Part shown: piece after piece, positions 27,458-38,830 of the stretch
Layout: every line of letters starts with the position of its first letter
How positions within the stretch are numbered: position 1 is the stretch's first letter
Source of the DNA: a virus
Lineage: Duplodnaviria; Caudoviricetes
Direction: 5' to 3' (one strand)
Length of the DNA: 56,187 nt
Virus record (IMG/VR): IMGVR_UViG_3300036852_000099
Span: 1 to 56,187 of that record
The notes under the pieces: model-generated
Database searches by the model: none
Seen by the model: only the letters and a program-made list of their open reading frames with translations
What the model was told of the DNA's origin: nothing
Program-made: the position numbers and the translations under genes

Positions 27458-28303
27458 GTGACTGACTACACCTTCTTTGTCGACGTACAAAAGAATATGA
27501 ACACCGACCTGGAAGAGGACGCATTCAAAGAACGGGTGCGCGATCTGATCAGGGAGGTGTCCGTATTGGTGGAAACGCGGTGTGACAGACGATTCGACCA
27601 TCGGATCGAGACACTGTACCACAACTCCCGCCATATCGACAGGGGAGGTGATGTCACCAACGATGGACTCACACTGATGCTGAAGGACGACCTGCAGGAG
27701 GTCACTCAGGTGATGGGCAATGGGTCGCTGGTCGACCCGACCTATTACGGCGTGATGCCCTCGTCCAAGACCGTAGCACACCCGTTCCACTATGGGGCGG
27801 AGATGGTGGTAGCCAACTCGTACTGGTCATCGTACATAGGCACACCAGCTAGCAGGTCACTGGCCGTTACTGGTATATGGGGATGGGGAGGCACATGGAA
27901 ACGTCACAGTACAGTAGCAACTGAAATAGCCGACGATGGCGTATTCCTGGACTTGTCCAGCTATGCTAAGCTCGACTACGGCAAGATCCTCCGGATTGGG
28001 ACTGAGTACCTGGAGATAGACGACGAGGGTCTTCCCGACCCTGCTCCAAGTGGCGTATCAGTTGTCCGAGGCGTTAACGGGTCGACACCTGCAGTACACC
28101 TGGAGACAACTCCGGTGTACGTGTTCGTGCCACACCCACTGGTGACCCGACTGGTGAAGCGGCTGGTGCTATGGCAGTCAGCCTTAGATGACAGTCCACT
28201 ATTCGGCAGTGTCACGCTGGGTGATCAGACGACACCCGTCGACCTATCTGCAGCACCAAAGGACGTGAAGGATCTCCTGATCCTGCTGGAGCGTAAGAAC
28301 TAA
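27458..28303 (+). CDS. Head-tail connector/adaptor
   Basis: Position; 'VETRCDRRF' and 'VTGIWGW'. Confidence 0.65.
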   Translation: MTDYTFFVDVQKNMNTDLEEDAFKERVRDLIREVSVLVETRCDRRFDHRIETLYHNSRHIDRGGDVTNDGLTLMLKDDLQEVTQVMGNGSLVDPTYYGVMPSSKTVAHPFHYGAEMVVANSYWSSYIGTPASRSLAVTGIWGWGGTWKRHSTVATEIADDGVFLDLSSYAKLDYGKILRIGTEYLEIDDEGLPDPAPSGVSVVRGVNGSTPAVHLETTPVYVFVPHPLVTRLVKRLVLWQSALDDSPLFGSVTLGDQTTPVDLSAAPKDVKDLLILLERKN

Positions 28304-28800
28304 TGGTGAACCCTAACTTCGAGCAGCTGGTCACGGATAGACTCGCTGCAGCTGGTTTGGATATGGGTCTGAAGGCTACCTGGAACGTTCCACCCAAACG
28401 CAGGATACAGCAGGAGGAACTACCGTGCGCGTATACCCTTATAGGGGCGGTCTACCAGCCAGTGATCCGGACGCAGGGACAGCTATCCTACGGTAGGATG
28501 TACGTTCAGCGGATACTGCTCAAGCCCTTCGACGGGTCACCTGATAAGATGGACGCTGGCAATGAGGCCATGCTGGAAGTCATCGAGTGGTCGTCCAAAG
28601 TGCACTTTTACTACCACGAAAGGCCTCAGCTGTCGACCAGTACCCTGCCTAAACTGAACGGGTGCAAGATGGTCGAACGTACGGAGGATAGTGGGACAGT
28701 GTACCGCACTGCTCCAGGTGGTGCGACGTACACGGCAATAGACGTGGTGCTATTCGTCCTCATGGCGGCTAGCATTCAGACAGTGAGTATACCTTACTAA
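28303..28800 (+). CDS. Putative tail terminator
   Basis: Position before the tail tube gene; size. Confidence 0.5.
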   Translation: MVNPNFEQLVTDRLAAAGLDMGLKATWNVPPKRRIQQEELPCAYTLIGAVYQPVIRTQGQLSYGRMYVQRILLKPFDGSPDKMDAGNEAMLEVIEWSSKVHFYYHERPQLSTSTLPKLNGCKMVERTEDSGTVYRTAPGGATYTAIDVVLFVLMAASIQTVSIPY

Positions 28801-28821
28801 GATAGTGATGAGGTGGCCTAA

Positions 28822-29700
28822 ATGGCAAAGACTAGATCGAAACGAGGTAGTGTAGTCGGCATCCAGTACGCCCAAGCGTGGCTGGTCGACTCGAACGGGT
28901 ACATGATGGGAACAGTGGGTGAGGGTGCTGCTAACGACACCACCACACACGCGCTGCTCCTGCGTAATCCCAAGAGCGCTCAGTTGCCTGCCCCAGCCCG
29001 TGTGAAAGTACCCCTTCGAGGTGGTAATCGCTGGCTTGGTCAGGTGATGTTCGGTGCTGATGACATTGGTGACTTTTCGCTGAATCTGGCTGATCTGGAC
29101 GCAGACTTCCATGCGATGGCAGGTCAACAGGTCGTAGATGGTGTAACCAATAGCCGCTGGTATCGTGTGTCCGACAACATGAACCTCACCAACCTGCCTC
29201 AGTGTGGTCTGCTTATGTCGGCCATTTGGCAGGATCGCGAGGATGGCGGTGATTCGGAGAACCTCTGGATCAACTACATCGTACCCCGCGCACAGGTATC
29301 ACCCAGCTTCCCAGCACTGGCGTATCAGGCTGAGTCGGAGGTGATCTACACGATCTCCCCTGCGTATGCCTCCCGTGAGCCAACTGGCAAGACATTCGCA
29401 TCGGGGTCGATGGGGCTGAAGGATGGCAAGTGCCTGATGTATGCCATCATCACACCCAAGCCGCTGGCACTCACCACCTACGTGGGCGATGGCACAGAGG
29501 TTAACTTCACGCTGGGATACAAACCCAGCAGCAGCATCGTGACTCTCAACGCAGCTGCAGTCGAGTTCGCTCGGCAGGGTACGCTGCAGGCACTCACATC
29601 GGCATCGACCAGCACAGCCGAAGCGGTAATGGCCGCAGCGGGTTCAGCTGGTAATCGCAATGTGGCGATGTACGAGACCGACTTCGAAGCTGTCGCCTAA
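28822..29700 (+). CDS. Major tail tube protein
   Basis: Position upstream of the chaperones and tape measure; beta-rich, 292 aa. No sheath gene seen. Confidence 0.65.
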   Translation: MAKTRSKRGSVVGIQYAQAWLVDSNGYMMGTVGEGAANDTTTHALLLRNPKSAQLPAPARVKVPLRGGNRWLGQVMFGADDIGDFSLNLADLDADFHAMAGQQVVDGVTNSRWYRVSDNMNLTNLPQCGLLMSAIWQDREDGGDSENLWINYIVPRAQVSPSFPALAYQAESEVIYTISPAYASREPTGKTFASGSMGLKDGKCLMYAIITPKPLALTTYVGDGTEVNFTLGYKPSSSIVTLNAAAVEFARQGTLQALTSASTSTAEAVMAAAGSAGNRNVAMYETDFEAVA

Positions 29701-29736
29701 TCCCTGGTGACAGCAGTATACGACGAGGACTAGAGT

Positions 29737-30171
29737 ATGGCAATCGACTTCATTGAACTGGAACACCTGATCGATGTGCGGGTCGGCACTAAGTCCAGCG
29801 ATCCTGAACAGCCTCACCAGTGGCCTGATCTGGATCTGTTTGGCCAGACTTATGTCCGGCCTGCTACCACGATGGGGCTACCCAACAATCCAGGGCACTT
29901 CATCGTACTGCCCAATGGGTACAGTGGTGAGAAGACCGTCGAACTCCGGAAGTACCTCGCTGGTCGTCCAGCGCTCCAGGGTTCAGACGTGGCCACACCC
30001 ATCACGGCTGAGGAGGCCGCATCCCTGCCACCTGCTGAGTTGACTACCGAGTTCAAGCAGGTCAGCTTCCCCATCGAATCGAACGTGCCTACTGAGGGGT
30101 CGGTGGATGAGGAGTCGTTTCCGTCCACCCCTGCAGAAAAGCTGGGTAATGGGGGCAAGCGGCGACTGTGA
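29737..30171 (+). CDS. Hypothetical tail-region protein
   Basis: RBS and operon packing. Confidence 0.6.
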   Translation: MAIDFIELEHLIDVRVGTKSSDPEQPHQWPDLDLFGQTYVRPATTMGLPNNPGHFIVLPNGYSGEKTVELRKYLAGRPALQGSDVATPITAEEAASLPPAELTTEFKQVSFPIESNVPTEGSVDEESFPSTPAEKLGNGGKRRL

Positions 30172-30916
30172 TCACACCCTGCTACGAGGGGCAGGCGATA
30201 TTCACTACCACATTCCGGTCATTCGGCACTGATGCTGATGCTCGGCGCATCCACAAGGCTGTAGCGGGTAGTACCCCGCTGCAGTCGGATGAGAACAACG
30301 AAGTGAATATCCTAGCCCTGCTGTTATCGACCACCCTGAGCATCGAGTGGATGCCTGAACTAACGGATGAGGTAGCCAGTCTGAAGGCGTTCTGGGATTG
30401 GGTCAACACCCACTTCATCCTTCGCAGGGATGAGGAGGGGTACATCCTGGAACTGTCCACCGACCCTACCATAGGGACGCAGGTCTGGCGTAAGTTCAGT
30501 CGTATGGTGGGCAATCAGGCTCAACGCGGCTGGTACGACGTATTCTCGGACAACCAGAAGATCTACCCACCATCACCGGAGATGGCCAAGGCAGCAGACC
30601 TGCCAGAAGACCTGAAAAGCGATCCGGATTTTTTAGCCGAAGGAAGTCAGCCCGTCGACGGTTCAGGAACAGGTGCTACGAGCACGTCCTCGCAGTTAGA
30701 GGACTTGCAGCTAGTAGTACAGCCGAAGTAGTACCGCCTGAGTTCAACCATGACGAGGAGATGGCTTGGACTGGCTTCCTGGTGATGGAGGCGACTGGTA
30801 GATGGCCTACCCTGGAGGAGGTTAGAGCCATACAGCCGACTTTCCGCGACGACATCCAGACGGTGATCTACCAGATTAACCGACAGGCTCGATTCATAGA
30901 CGATGAGGGCGACTAA
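30168..30916 (+). CDS. Tail assembly chaperone (30168-30731) with a -1 frameshift extension to 30916
   Basis: In-frame slippery heptamer T-TTT-TTA at 30629-30635. The -1 frame is open to TAA at 30914-30916, overlapping the tape measure ATG. Confidence 0.8.
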
Positions 30917-33372
30917 TGGCTCGTGACGTTAATGTAGACCTTAACCTAACAGCGCAAGACACCAGTGCGATTGACTTCCTGGAGGATCTTAATGCGCGTG
31001 TGAACCTGACCACTAAGGCTATAGTCGCTGCACAAAAGGCGGGTGGTATTCGCGCTATAGTCGCGGATTCCGAGGTTAAGAAGGTGATCGCCCTCACCAA
31101 AGAAGTGAACGACTTAACAGCCGAGTACGAGCAGTTGACTACCCAACTGATGGAACTCAGCAGCACCGATCCAGGGTTCGCGGAAATGTCGCAAAAAGCC
31201 GAGATCCTGGAAGGCAAGATCAGGGACATCACCAAAGAGATCCAGAAAGTACCAAACAAGCTGGGCGGCAGTCCACAGGATGCCTTCGACGTGGGACTCC
31301 CTGACACTACCCTGTCAGCCATATCAGGGTTGTCAGGCGGTCTGGGCAATCAGCAGCTGGCTGACCTGACTGGTAATGCCAGCGCTATTCTGGCAGTGGT
31401 AGATGCAGCGGGTAAGCTAGCACCAGCGTTAACTAATGCCCCTGGTATCTTTGGTGCAGTGGCCACGCAGGGTGCAGCTATGCTAGCGCCACTCGGCGCG
31501 ACAGCGGCGGGTTTTGGTGCAGTTCTGGCAGTAGCAGCGCCAATAGCAGTGGTGCTGGGTGTTGTGGCATTCGCGGTGTCGAAGTTCAACGAAAGCTTAG
31601 AGGGTAGTAAGAAGCAGCTATCCAATGCACTGGTCGCACAGGAGAACTACTACGCAGCGCTGGACGAACTGACTACCGAGGAGGTTGAGGCCGCAGTCGA
31701 AAAGCTGGAGGGTTCAACCGACACCCTCCGGAAGCAGCGCGAAGAGACTGCGAACGCGATACAGGCTACGTGGGATCAGGCTGTGGCGCAGTTCGGTGAG
31801 GCTGGCGCGAGGGCGCTGGAGGCGGCTGGCCAGCTTCCACTAGGCGACCTGCGTACGCGGCTGGGCGAGTTGGATACCCAGATAGACCAGAATACACAGA
31901 CTACCCTGCGTTATAACCAGGGTCTAGCCAGTAATGCCTTCGCAGCTAACGATGCGGCCAAAGCCGAGGAGGAACTAGCAGCGACCAGGGCAGCAGCAAT
32001 CGAGGATATCGCAGCGCTGCAGGATCAGCAGTTGGCCTTGCAGACTGCCTACGACGACCAGACTCTAACGCAGCAGCAGGACAGGCACATTCAGGAAACC
32101 AGAGAACAGGAGGATTTCTGGGCTAATCGGCTACGCAGCAACAAGGCTAATGAAGATGCTATAGCCAAGATCGAGGAAGCTGGCCAGGAACGGCTAGCGG
32201 CTATACACCAGCAGGGTGTCGACAAGATTGCAGCGATAGACAGCCAGATATCAGAACTAGGCGCATCCCTGGATAAGTTGGGTAACGACACCCGCAAAGC
32301 CATCGACAAGATCAACGCTGACTTTATGCGATCTGAGATCGAGTCGATCCAGGAACAGCACGAAACTGAAGCCAAACTGGACAAGGATTACAATAAGAAA
32401 CGCGCTAGGTTGCTGCAGTCCCTAGCGAATGACCTCCTGGATGCCGAAGCCGCTAACGATGTAGTCGCGTTCATAGCCCGTAAACGTGCGGGTGATGAGC
32501 AGGTGAAGCAACTAGCGGAGGATAAGTCCAGTGAGGATGAAGAACGCCAGAAGGCTTATGAAAAGGAACGTGCACTCGCTGAGGAACAACGTGCGCAGAG
32601 GATCGCGGATGCGATTGCAGCAGCTGATGAGCGACGTGCCGATATCGAGGAGCAGCGTCAGGAACAGCTTGCGCTTCGTGCTGAAACACTCGCAGCTATC
32701 CAGCAGCAGAAGGATGCCGAAGCCCAGCGAATACAGGACACCGTAGATGCCACACAGAAGGCATACGATGACCGCATCAAACTCGAAGACGACCAGCGAA
32801 AGATCCGCCTGCAGCGGGAGCAGGACGACTACGACCTAGCCGAGAAACGCAGGGCGGACGGGCTGAAAAAGCAAATGGACGAGATCAACGCTAAGATAGC
32901 ACTAGAACAGAAGGCCGCAGGGGTCGTGGGCAGCGCGTTTGTAGCTATGGCCAACGACACTGGTGCAGCTGTGGTCAGTGCCATCAACCGAATCAGGGCA
33001 GCAGCTAACAGCATAGGCAGCGGGTCATCCTCTGCAGGTGGGCAGGGCGGCGCATCCTTCTCCAGTGGTGGAGGGTTCGGTGGTGGATCGGCTAACGCAG
33101 GCATCACAGGTAAACCCAAGATCGCCTTCGACGCAGGTGGCGATATCAAGCGTCCGACTGTGGCGCTGATGGGTGAGAACCTGCGTCCTGGTGAGATAGA
33201 AAGCGTGTTCAAATGGAAACCCAGCGAGGGCATGAAGCACATGGCTGACAACAGCGTGTCAGTTCAGGCCAATATCACGGTAGTAGCTGGCGAGGATGTC
33301 GAACAAAAGATCGAACGTGGCCTAATAGCAGCGGCCAGGGGTATAGGACGAGCACGGAGGGCAAGTGGCTGA
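30916..33372 (+). CDS. Tape measure protein
   Basis: 818 aa, Ala/Glu/Gln coiled-coil with a hydrophobic segment; follows the chaperone. Confidence 0.85.
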   Translation: MARDVNVDLNLTAQDTSAIDFLEDLNARVNLTTKAIVAAQKAGGIRAIVADSEVKKVIALTKEVNDLTAEYEQLTTQLMELSSTDPGFAEMSQKAEILEGKIRDITKEIQKVPNKLGGSPQDAFDVGLPDTTLSAISGLSGGLGNQQLADLTGNASAILAVVDAAGKLAPALTNAPGIFGAVATQGAAMLAPLGATAAGFGAVLAVAAPIAVVLGVVAFAVSKFNESLEGSKKQLSNALVAQENYYAALDELTTEEVEAAVEKLEGSTDTLRKQREETANAIQATWDQAVAQFGEAGARALEAAGQLPLGDLRTRLGELDTQIDQNTQTTLRYNQGLASNAFAANDAAKAEEELAATRAAAIEDIAALQDQQLALQTAYDDQTLTQQQDRHIQETREQEDFWANRLRSNKANEDAIAKIEEAGQERLAAIHQQGVDKIAAIDSQISELGASLDKLGNDTRKAIDKINADFMRSEIESIQEQHETEAKLDKDYNKKRARLLQSLANDLLDAEAANDVVAFIARKRAGDEQVKQLAEDKSSEDEERQKAYEKERALAEEQRAQRIADAIAAADERRADIEEQRQEQLALRAETLAAIQQQKDAEAQRIQDTVDATQKAYDDRIKLEDDQRKIRLQREQDDYDLAEKRRADGLKKQMDEINAKIALEQKAAGVVGSAFVAMANDTGAAVVSAINRIRAAANSIGSGSSSAGGQGGASFSSGGGFGGGSANAGITGKPKIAFDAGGDIKRPTVALMGENLRPGEIESVFKWKPSEGMKHMADNSVSVQANITVVAGEDVEQKIERGLIAAARGIGRARRASG

Positions 33373-33823
33373 TTACGACTATGGCGGCAGTTGGCGATGG
33401 GCGTTCGGTCACATAGACCCTGGTGACTTGGATACGACCTACGACATCACCGCTTTTACCAGGGCAGCGGATATGCCCGATATCCTGGACTGGCTCGAAC
33501 CTGGAAACGGGAGCGACCTATTCGATGATGTGGCTGTAGTTCAGGAGGCGATGGACGGTTCGCTGGGTGGACAGGGCGGAGGGCAGGTGGTCTGGCCTTT
33601 GGTGGGTATTACCCCGCTGATGGCCGACTGGCTAGCTACGAACCGCTTCGATGGGCGAAAGAAAAGTGCACCTGCGACCATCATGACCTTCGACTCCACC
33701 CAGGGGTGGGTGATCCTGCACTGCACAGCCGGATGGCCAAAGAGCATAGCCTCCCTGCGTAGGGTAGGCGTGATATTCGAGGAATTCCCGATCACCTTCA
33801 CTGACTGCAGAGAGGCTGTCTGA
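33365..33823 (+). CDS. Distal tail (Dit-like) protein
   Basis: Position after the tape measure gene. Confidence 0.5.
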   Translation: MADYDYGGSWRWAFGHIDPGDLDTTYDITAFTRAADMPDILDWLEPGNGSDLFDDVAVVQEAMDGSLGGQGGGQVVWPLVGITPLMADWLATNRFDGRKKSAPATIMTFDSTQGWVILHCTAGWPKSIASLRRVGVIFEEFPITFTDCREAV

Positions 33824-36800
33824 TGGTACTCATCACCGTAGACGACAAAGCCAGATATCGCACACCAGGACGACACCGGACACAAGCCGTGTTAAACGCA
33901 GTGCCTATGGTGATCACTGCCAGTGCACAGATCAACCAAGCCACGTTCACCTACCCACTAGGCGAGTTGACTGTCGACAATACCTTCGGTGATTGGGGTA
34001 CGTCTGTGTCTGGTCAGATGTTCGCTATCGGGACGACTCCAGGTGGTACGGATGTGACCTACGGCGTACTGCGTAGGACACCGACCAGCACGAAGCTGTA
34101 CCTGGATGCTAAAAGTCAGGGTGATCCAGGGTACGCTAGGGATATACACCAGCCACTAGCCAACGACCAGTACATCACCGTCTTCAAGTACAGACCTCCT
34201 TGGGGTTTGTTGTCCAGTATTCGGGGCGGGGTGTTCTACAAGCAGTGGGACGTGCCGTACGCGGGGCAGGGTGCGAACCCTGAACCGATAGTGAGAATGG
34301 GCGAGTGGCGACAGGGCTTCGTGGACGAGACCACTGGACTGCTACGGCTACCCTTCACTGTTGACCCGTACTTGTGGAACAAGTCGCTATCCTCCATACT
34401 CTGGACAGTGGACGGTGGAACGATAGCAGTAGGTGACGACGATGATGCCACCATCGAGGTCGACTTCGAACCAGGGTTCTATGAGGTTCGCTGCAGGGTA
34501 ATCGACAACAAAGGCAAGGTCAGGACGGGCTATCGGTATGTCTGGGCTAACACCAGCGATCCAGACGACGTAGATGCCCCATTCTCCTATGCCCATGACG
34601 TGAGGATCACCACAGATAGGCGTGACCCGTTCGGACGCACGATGACGCTGGAGGTCGACGGGCAGCTAGAACAGGACGAGCTCTTTCCAGGGCAGGCATT
34701 CCTGTTGACCGAGTACTCCACCTTCGACGGGGAGACGCTGGACAACGACTCTCATTTGGTGAAGTCGTTCGTTGGATACTCTACCGAACTAGGAATTAAG
34801 TCGAACTGGCGAGGCAAGACGACCACCATCAGCCTAGCGTCACCTACTACGGTGTCCAAGCTAGTCCCGACTGCCAGCCAGCAGATCACCGAATCCCGCA
34901 CACCCAAAAACTGGTCGGAATGTACCAGCCTATTGTCTAATGCGGTAGGTGCAGCGTGGTACATAGCCGTATACCACTCCCCATTCCTGGTCGACGGGCA
35001 TGACTTCACCTTCGACCCGTACCTGCTGCTAATGCGTAGGAAGATGCACGTATTCCAGCAGCGCGATATAGGCAGTCAGCTACAGTCGCTGAACCTTCTG
35101 ATGAGGGGTAATATCGGGTGCAAGTCGTCCGGCCTTATCCGTATGGTGCGTAATCCCAACGACCTTCAGAACGACGATAGAGATCTGCTGGAGGAACTGT
35201 GGACTATCGAACCAACCGACGTGATCGGTGAGATCACTATACCAGTCAACTACAGGAATAGCGTGGGGCAGGTGTCCGGATTCGCCTACTCCTACAATGG
35301 TGGGTCGGAGAGCACCCCGTATGCCTCCCTAGCACCAGGGTACGCCCAAGCGCAGGGGTCGGAGCAGGATCAGATGACCGCCTTCACGGTCATACACGGA
35401 ACTGACAGTCAGCAGCGGGTCAACGAGATAACAGGTCACCAGTTCGCAGCGGACAACCCGAAGCACCCTAATATCAGCATCCGCATCGACAGGAACATCG
35501 ACATATTCGAACCCTGCGACCAGGACGCGTGGACTATCCTGGATATCCCAGCCGACTATGACCCGCTGAACGTAGGCTGGCCAGACAAGCGCATGATACC
35601 AGTAGCCGTGACCACTAGCTGGTCGTTCGACAGGGGTACGGTGGTCAAGGAGATGACCGTAGAGTTCCAGTTCCAGTCCTACGGCGTTCCAGGGGTCACA
35701 GTACCAGTGAACCGAGGCGGGGCTAACAACTGGTTGTTCACCAAGTGGAATCCAGGAGTGTACGACCCGTACAAGGTACGATTCCCAGACATGGACGTAG
35801 ACCTGTCCTTCCTAGTGGCGTGGAACTCAGACGGTAAGCTGGGCAGGACTCTGAACCCACTCGATGACAACGTGATCTGGTCTAGGTTGACTGGCATCAC
35901 GGGTAGGGTTAGGGACTTCTGCTTCAACTGGCACAGTGCCTATTTCACCGACCCAACCGATCCACTCAGGGCGTGGGTCATAGCAGATGACGGTCTGACC
36001 ATCCGCATCTACTACACGTTCGACCTGCTGGTTGATAAGCCGACATGGGAGGTTCAGGCCACCTTCACTGCAGCGGACACCTACAAAGGACGGGCTAGGA
36101 TAGTTGGAAGCAAAGAGGAGTCTGGGTTTGCCATAGCAGCATGGAAGACCGCGAAGGGTGTAACCTACACCAGGACAACCAACACAGGCACGACCTGGAG
36201 CGGTGTCGGTTCTCTGCTGCAGACCTTTGACGACCCTGACAGAGACAACAACTACCTAGGGTTAGCAGTGTACGACGAAACTCAAGCCATACTAGCCCCA
36301 GATGGGAACGTGAATGCCCTGGATGGTAAGTACGACTGGAAGCTATACGTTGCCACGACCAAGGGCGGGGCGTTCAGCCTGATAGCCAATGAAGAGGCCG
36401 ACGAACGCTGCATCCCTGACTGTGTACTATTGGTGGACGATACCGAGGGGTTCGTTGGAACTGAAGTACCTGAACCACCCGACCCACCCACCCCACTGTC
36501 CATCGTCACCTTTGGTGTGGGCGGATATCCTAACTTCAGCATCAACGGTGCAGGGACTACAGCGGGTCTTGGTAACCCACAACCAGCCGCGTATAGTAGT
36601 GCCAACCTATCTGGCGGAGCGGTTCAGGTTGGTGTCACGGTGGAAGTCGACCTGGATGCTGACTACATCTTCGCCAGTGCGGTCTGGGATGCCTTTCCAG
36701 ATGGCGATGTGTTCGTAGGGTCGGACATCTTCGATGCCACCTACAGATCCACCATCAGGGCATACGACGTGGATGGTGTACTGGTCGGTGAGTACATAGA

Positions 36801-37353
36801 GGAAAACACGACTGGCTTCATCAGGGAAATAGACGCAGATATCCTGGAAGTCACCGAGCCTGTACGGGAGTTGCACATCGGACATAGCCTGTCATGGCTG
36901 TCGGACTCCGGATCGGGCATAGCCTACGTGTGGATAGACAACATCGACATCACAGCGACGCAGATCACCAGACAGTACAAGCGCACATTCAAGCACTTCA
37001 CCACTGCGGGGGCATGGGACGACAGATCACCCAATGACGTGGTACTGCCAGCCCAGCATTATGGTGCAGGGAACTTCGCAGGGTCAAATACCTCGTTGTC
37101 CATCCTAGGGGCGGATGAGGATGGGTACGTCTACCTCCTTAACACGGGTACTGGAGGAGCGTCCTGGTCTAGGGTAGGCAGGTCACCCGCTGCTGGACTA
37201 AAGAAGGGGTCGGGTGGTGTGCTGATCCTCTTTGGGTACGGCAACTTGGGCATATCAGACGACTCTGGTAGGAACGTGTACAGTAGACTAGGCAACTGGT
37301 CGACCAAAGTAGGAGACGTAGCCAAGATCGAAGGGGTAGCAGGTGTACTATGA
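33823..37353 (+). CDS. Tail tip/baseplate hub protein with a propeller-like C-terminal half
   Basis: 1,176 aa; Asp-box-like 'TTNTGTTW' and 'SDDSGRN'. Confidence 0.65.
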   Translation: MVLITVDDKARYRTPGRHRTQAVLNAVPMVITASAQINQATFTYPLGELTVDNTFGDWGTSVSGQMFAIGTTPGGTDVTYGVLRRTPTSTKLYLDAKSQGDPGYARDIHQPLANDQYITVFKYRPPWGLLSSIRGGVFYKQWDVPYAGQGANPEPIVRMGEWRQGFVDETTGLLRLPFTVDPYLWNKSLSSILWTVDGGTIAVGDDDDATIEVDFEPGFYEVRCRVIDNKGKVRTGYRYVWANTSDPDDVDAPFSYAHDVRITTDRRDPFGRTMTLEVDGQLEQDELFPGQAFLLTEYSTFDGETLDNDSHLVKSFVGYSTELGIKSNWRGKTTTISLASPTTVSKLVPTASQQITESRTPKNWSECTSLLSNAVGAAWYIAVYHSPFLVDGHDFTFDPYLLLMRRKMHVFQQRDIGSQLQSLNLLMRGNIGCKSSGLIRMVRNPNDLQNDDRDLLEELWTIEPTDVIGEITIPVNYRNSVGQVSGFAYSYNGGSESTPYASLAPGYAQAQGSEQDQMTAFTVIHGTDSQQRVNEITGHQFAADNPKHPNISIRIDRNIDIFEPCDQDAWTILDIPADYDPLNVGWPDKRMIPVAVTTSWSFDRGTVVKEMTVEFQFQSYGVPGVTVPVNRGGANNWLFTKWNPGVYDPYKVRFPDMDVDLSFLVAWNSDGKLGRTLNPLDDNVIWSRLTGITGRVRDFCFNWHSAYFTDPTDPLRAWVIADDGLTIRIYYTFDLLVDKPTWEVQATFTAADTYKGRARIVGSKEESGFAIAAWKTAKGVTYTRTTNTGTTWSGVGSLLQTFDDPDRDNNYLGLAVYDETQAILAPDGNVNALDGKYDWKLYVATTKGGAFSLIANEEADERCIPDCVLLVDDTEGFVGTEVPEPPDPPTPLSIVTFGVGGYPNFSINGAGTTAGLGNPQPAAYSSANLSGGAVQVGVTVEVDLDADYIFASAVWDAFPDGDVFVGSDIFDATYRSTIRAYDVDGVLVGEYIEENTTGFIREIDADILEVTEPVRELHIGHSLSWLSDSGSGIAYVWIDNIDITATQITRQYKRTFKHFTTAGAWDDRSPNDVVLPAQHYGAGNFAGSNTSLSILGADEDGYVYLLNTGTGGASWSRVGRSPAAGLKKGSGGVLILFGYGNLGISDDSGRNVYSRLGNWSTKVGDVAKIEGVAGVL

Positions 37354-38201
37354 GTCTTGACGAATTCCGCATTGAGGACATGTTCGCTTCGGTATTCGGT
37401 GACTCGATCCGAAGCGACATCCCCATGAGGCTGGGTAACCCGATAACAGGGGCAGTCAGCATACCCATCGAGGAGATAGGCGTTCCAGGGATGGTGTGGG
37501 TTCACGGTATAGCTGGCCAGAACCTCGCGCCTAGTGGCGAGGAAAGCCTATCGGATGACGACAAGACCTCTGCCACTGCTGCTCTGCTGAAACCCAACAA
37601 GATATCTCCAGGTATGCTGGTGTATGGTGCTCCTGTGTTGGTGGAACTCAGCAAGGGCATGTACAGCGTGACCGACTTGGACGGTGTAGCAGCGGTTGAG
37701 TTTTTCCACGACTTCAGGGAGTTGGAGCAGCGGTCAACAGATATCAGCCAGTTCGACACCCTGCTGACCAGACCGACCAAGATACCCTCGTTGTCAGTGG
37801 AGATATCAGAGGCGTTCGTTACACTGGCCGACGTAGCCTACCACATACCCAACATCAAGGTAGACCTGACCAGCTATGTGCCAACCAGCGTATTCCTGCC
37901 AGACGCGATAGCAGTCAGGCTGGATGTTGACCCTGTAACCTCCCTGGTGACAGTCGTGGCAGGCACTCCCTTTGACAACGGCGCACACATGGACAACTTC
38001 GCATCCTACGACAAGGACATCACACCAGGGTGCTTCATGTCCTCATGGGTGAAGTTAGTGCGGGATATGACCGTAATCCTGATTGACGATATCCTCCATG
38101 CCCAGGAGGTCTACAGTAAAGGAAGCACTACCGCATCGGCGGAGGTGTACAGTTGTAATGCGCCTATTTATTGGCGCGGGAAGGTTATCGTTCACCCATG
38201 A
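37350..38201 (+). CDS. Minor tail protein
   Basis: Position and ATGA overlap. Confidence 0.55.
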   Translation: MSLDEFRIEDMFASVFGDSIRSDIPMRLGNPITGAVSIPIEEIGVPGMVWVHGIAGQNLAPSGEESLSDDDKTSATAALLKPNKISPGMLVYGAPVLVELSKGMYSVTDLDGVAAVEFFHDFRELEQRSTDISQFDTLLTRPTKIPSLSVEISEAFVTLADVAYHIPNIKVDLTSYVPTSVFLPDAIAVRLDVDPVTSLVTVVAGTPFDNGAHMDNFASYDKDITPGCFMSSWVKLVRDMTVILIDDILHAQEVYSKGSTTASAEVYSCNAPIYWRGKVIVHP

Positions 38202-38830
38202 CCGAACCACTATCACACGCGAGTATACCGCCCATAGGGTGGCACGGATCACGGCTGACAGGCGGGTTGCTGGCCTCGATTGGTATGCCGGAGATCACGG
38301 GGCAGCTGTATGAGGCCACCGACTCTGGAGAGGTGTACAGGGCTAAGCCCGACCTCAGCGGTTGGGATCTACTGTTCCCTGTTGGAATCACGACTACTCC
38401 AGGGTTCACGGGGATACAGTCCAGACGTACCCCGAATCAGGTAATAGCGAACAACACCAACACGACCATCAACCACACCAGTGACACACTGGCCTACGAC
38501 TATGGCACTATCAAGGGCGCTGCAGCAGTCTTTACCATCCCAGCGGGTAAGGGAGGAATATGGCAGATTAGTGCAGCGTTGAGGTTGGGGTCGGCCTCCT
38601 CCCCTGGTGCAGTGTACATCGACATCCAGAACTCAGTAGGCGCGGCGGCTGGGTTCGTGGACTTCGACGGGGCTATAACCGACCCTACTCAGGACTTCGG
38701 TATCGCCTTTACCGGACAACTAGAACTACCAGCAGCGGCCACGTTCAACCTGCGTGTGTACCAGAACACAGGCAACAACGTCACCCTGGAAACCTACCGC
38801 ATCACCGCCAATCTGGTAGGAGTATCGTAA
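38198..38830 (+). CDS. Tail fibre/receptor-binding protein (C1q/TNF-like head)
   Basis: 'FTIPAGKGGIWQISA...LRVYQNTG' beta-sandwich pattern. Confidence 0.55.
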   Translation: MTEPLSHASIPPIGWHGSRLTGGLLASIGMPEITGQLYEATDSGEVYRAKPDLSGWDLLFPVGITTTPGFTGIQSRRTPNQVIANNTNTTINHTSDTLAYDYGTIKGAAAVFTIPAGKGGIWQISAALRLGSASSPGAVYIDIQNSVGAAAGFVDFDGAITDPTQDFGIAFTGQLELPAAATFNLRVYQNTGNNVTLETYRITANLVGVS

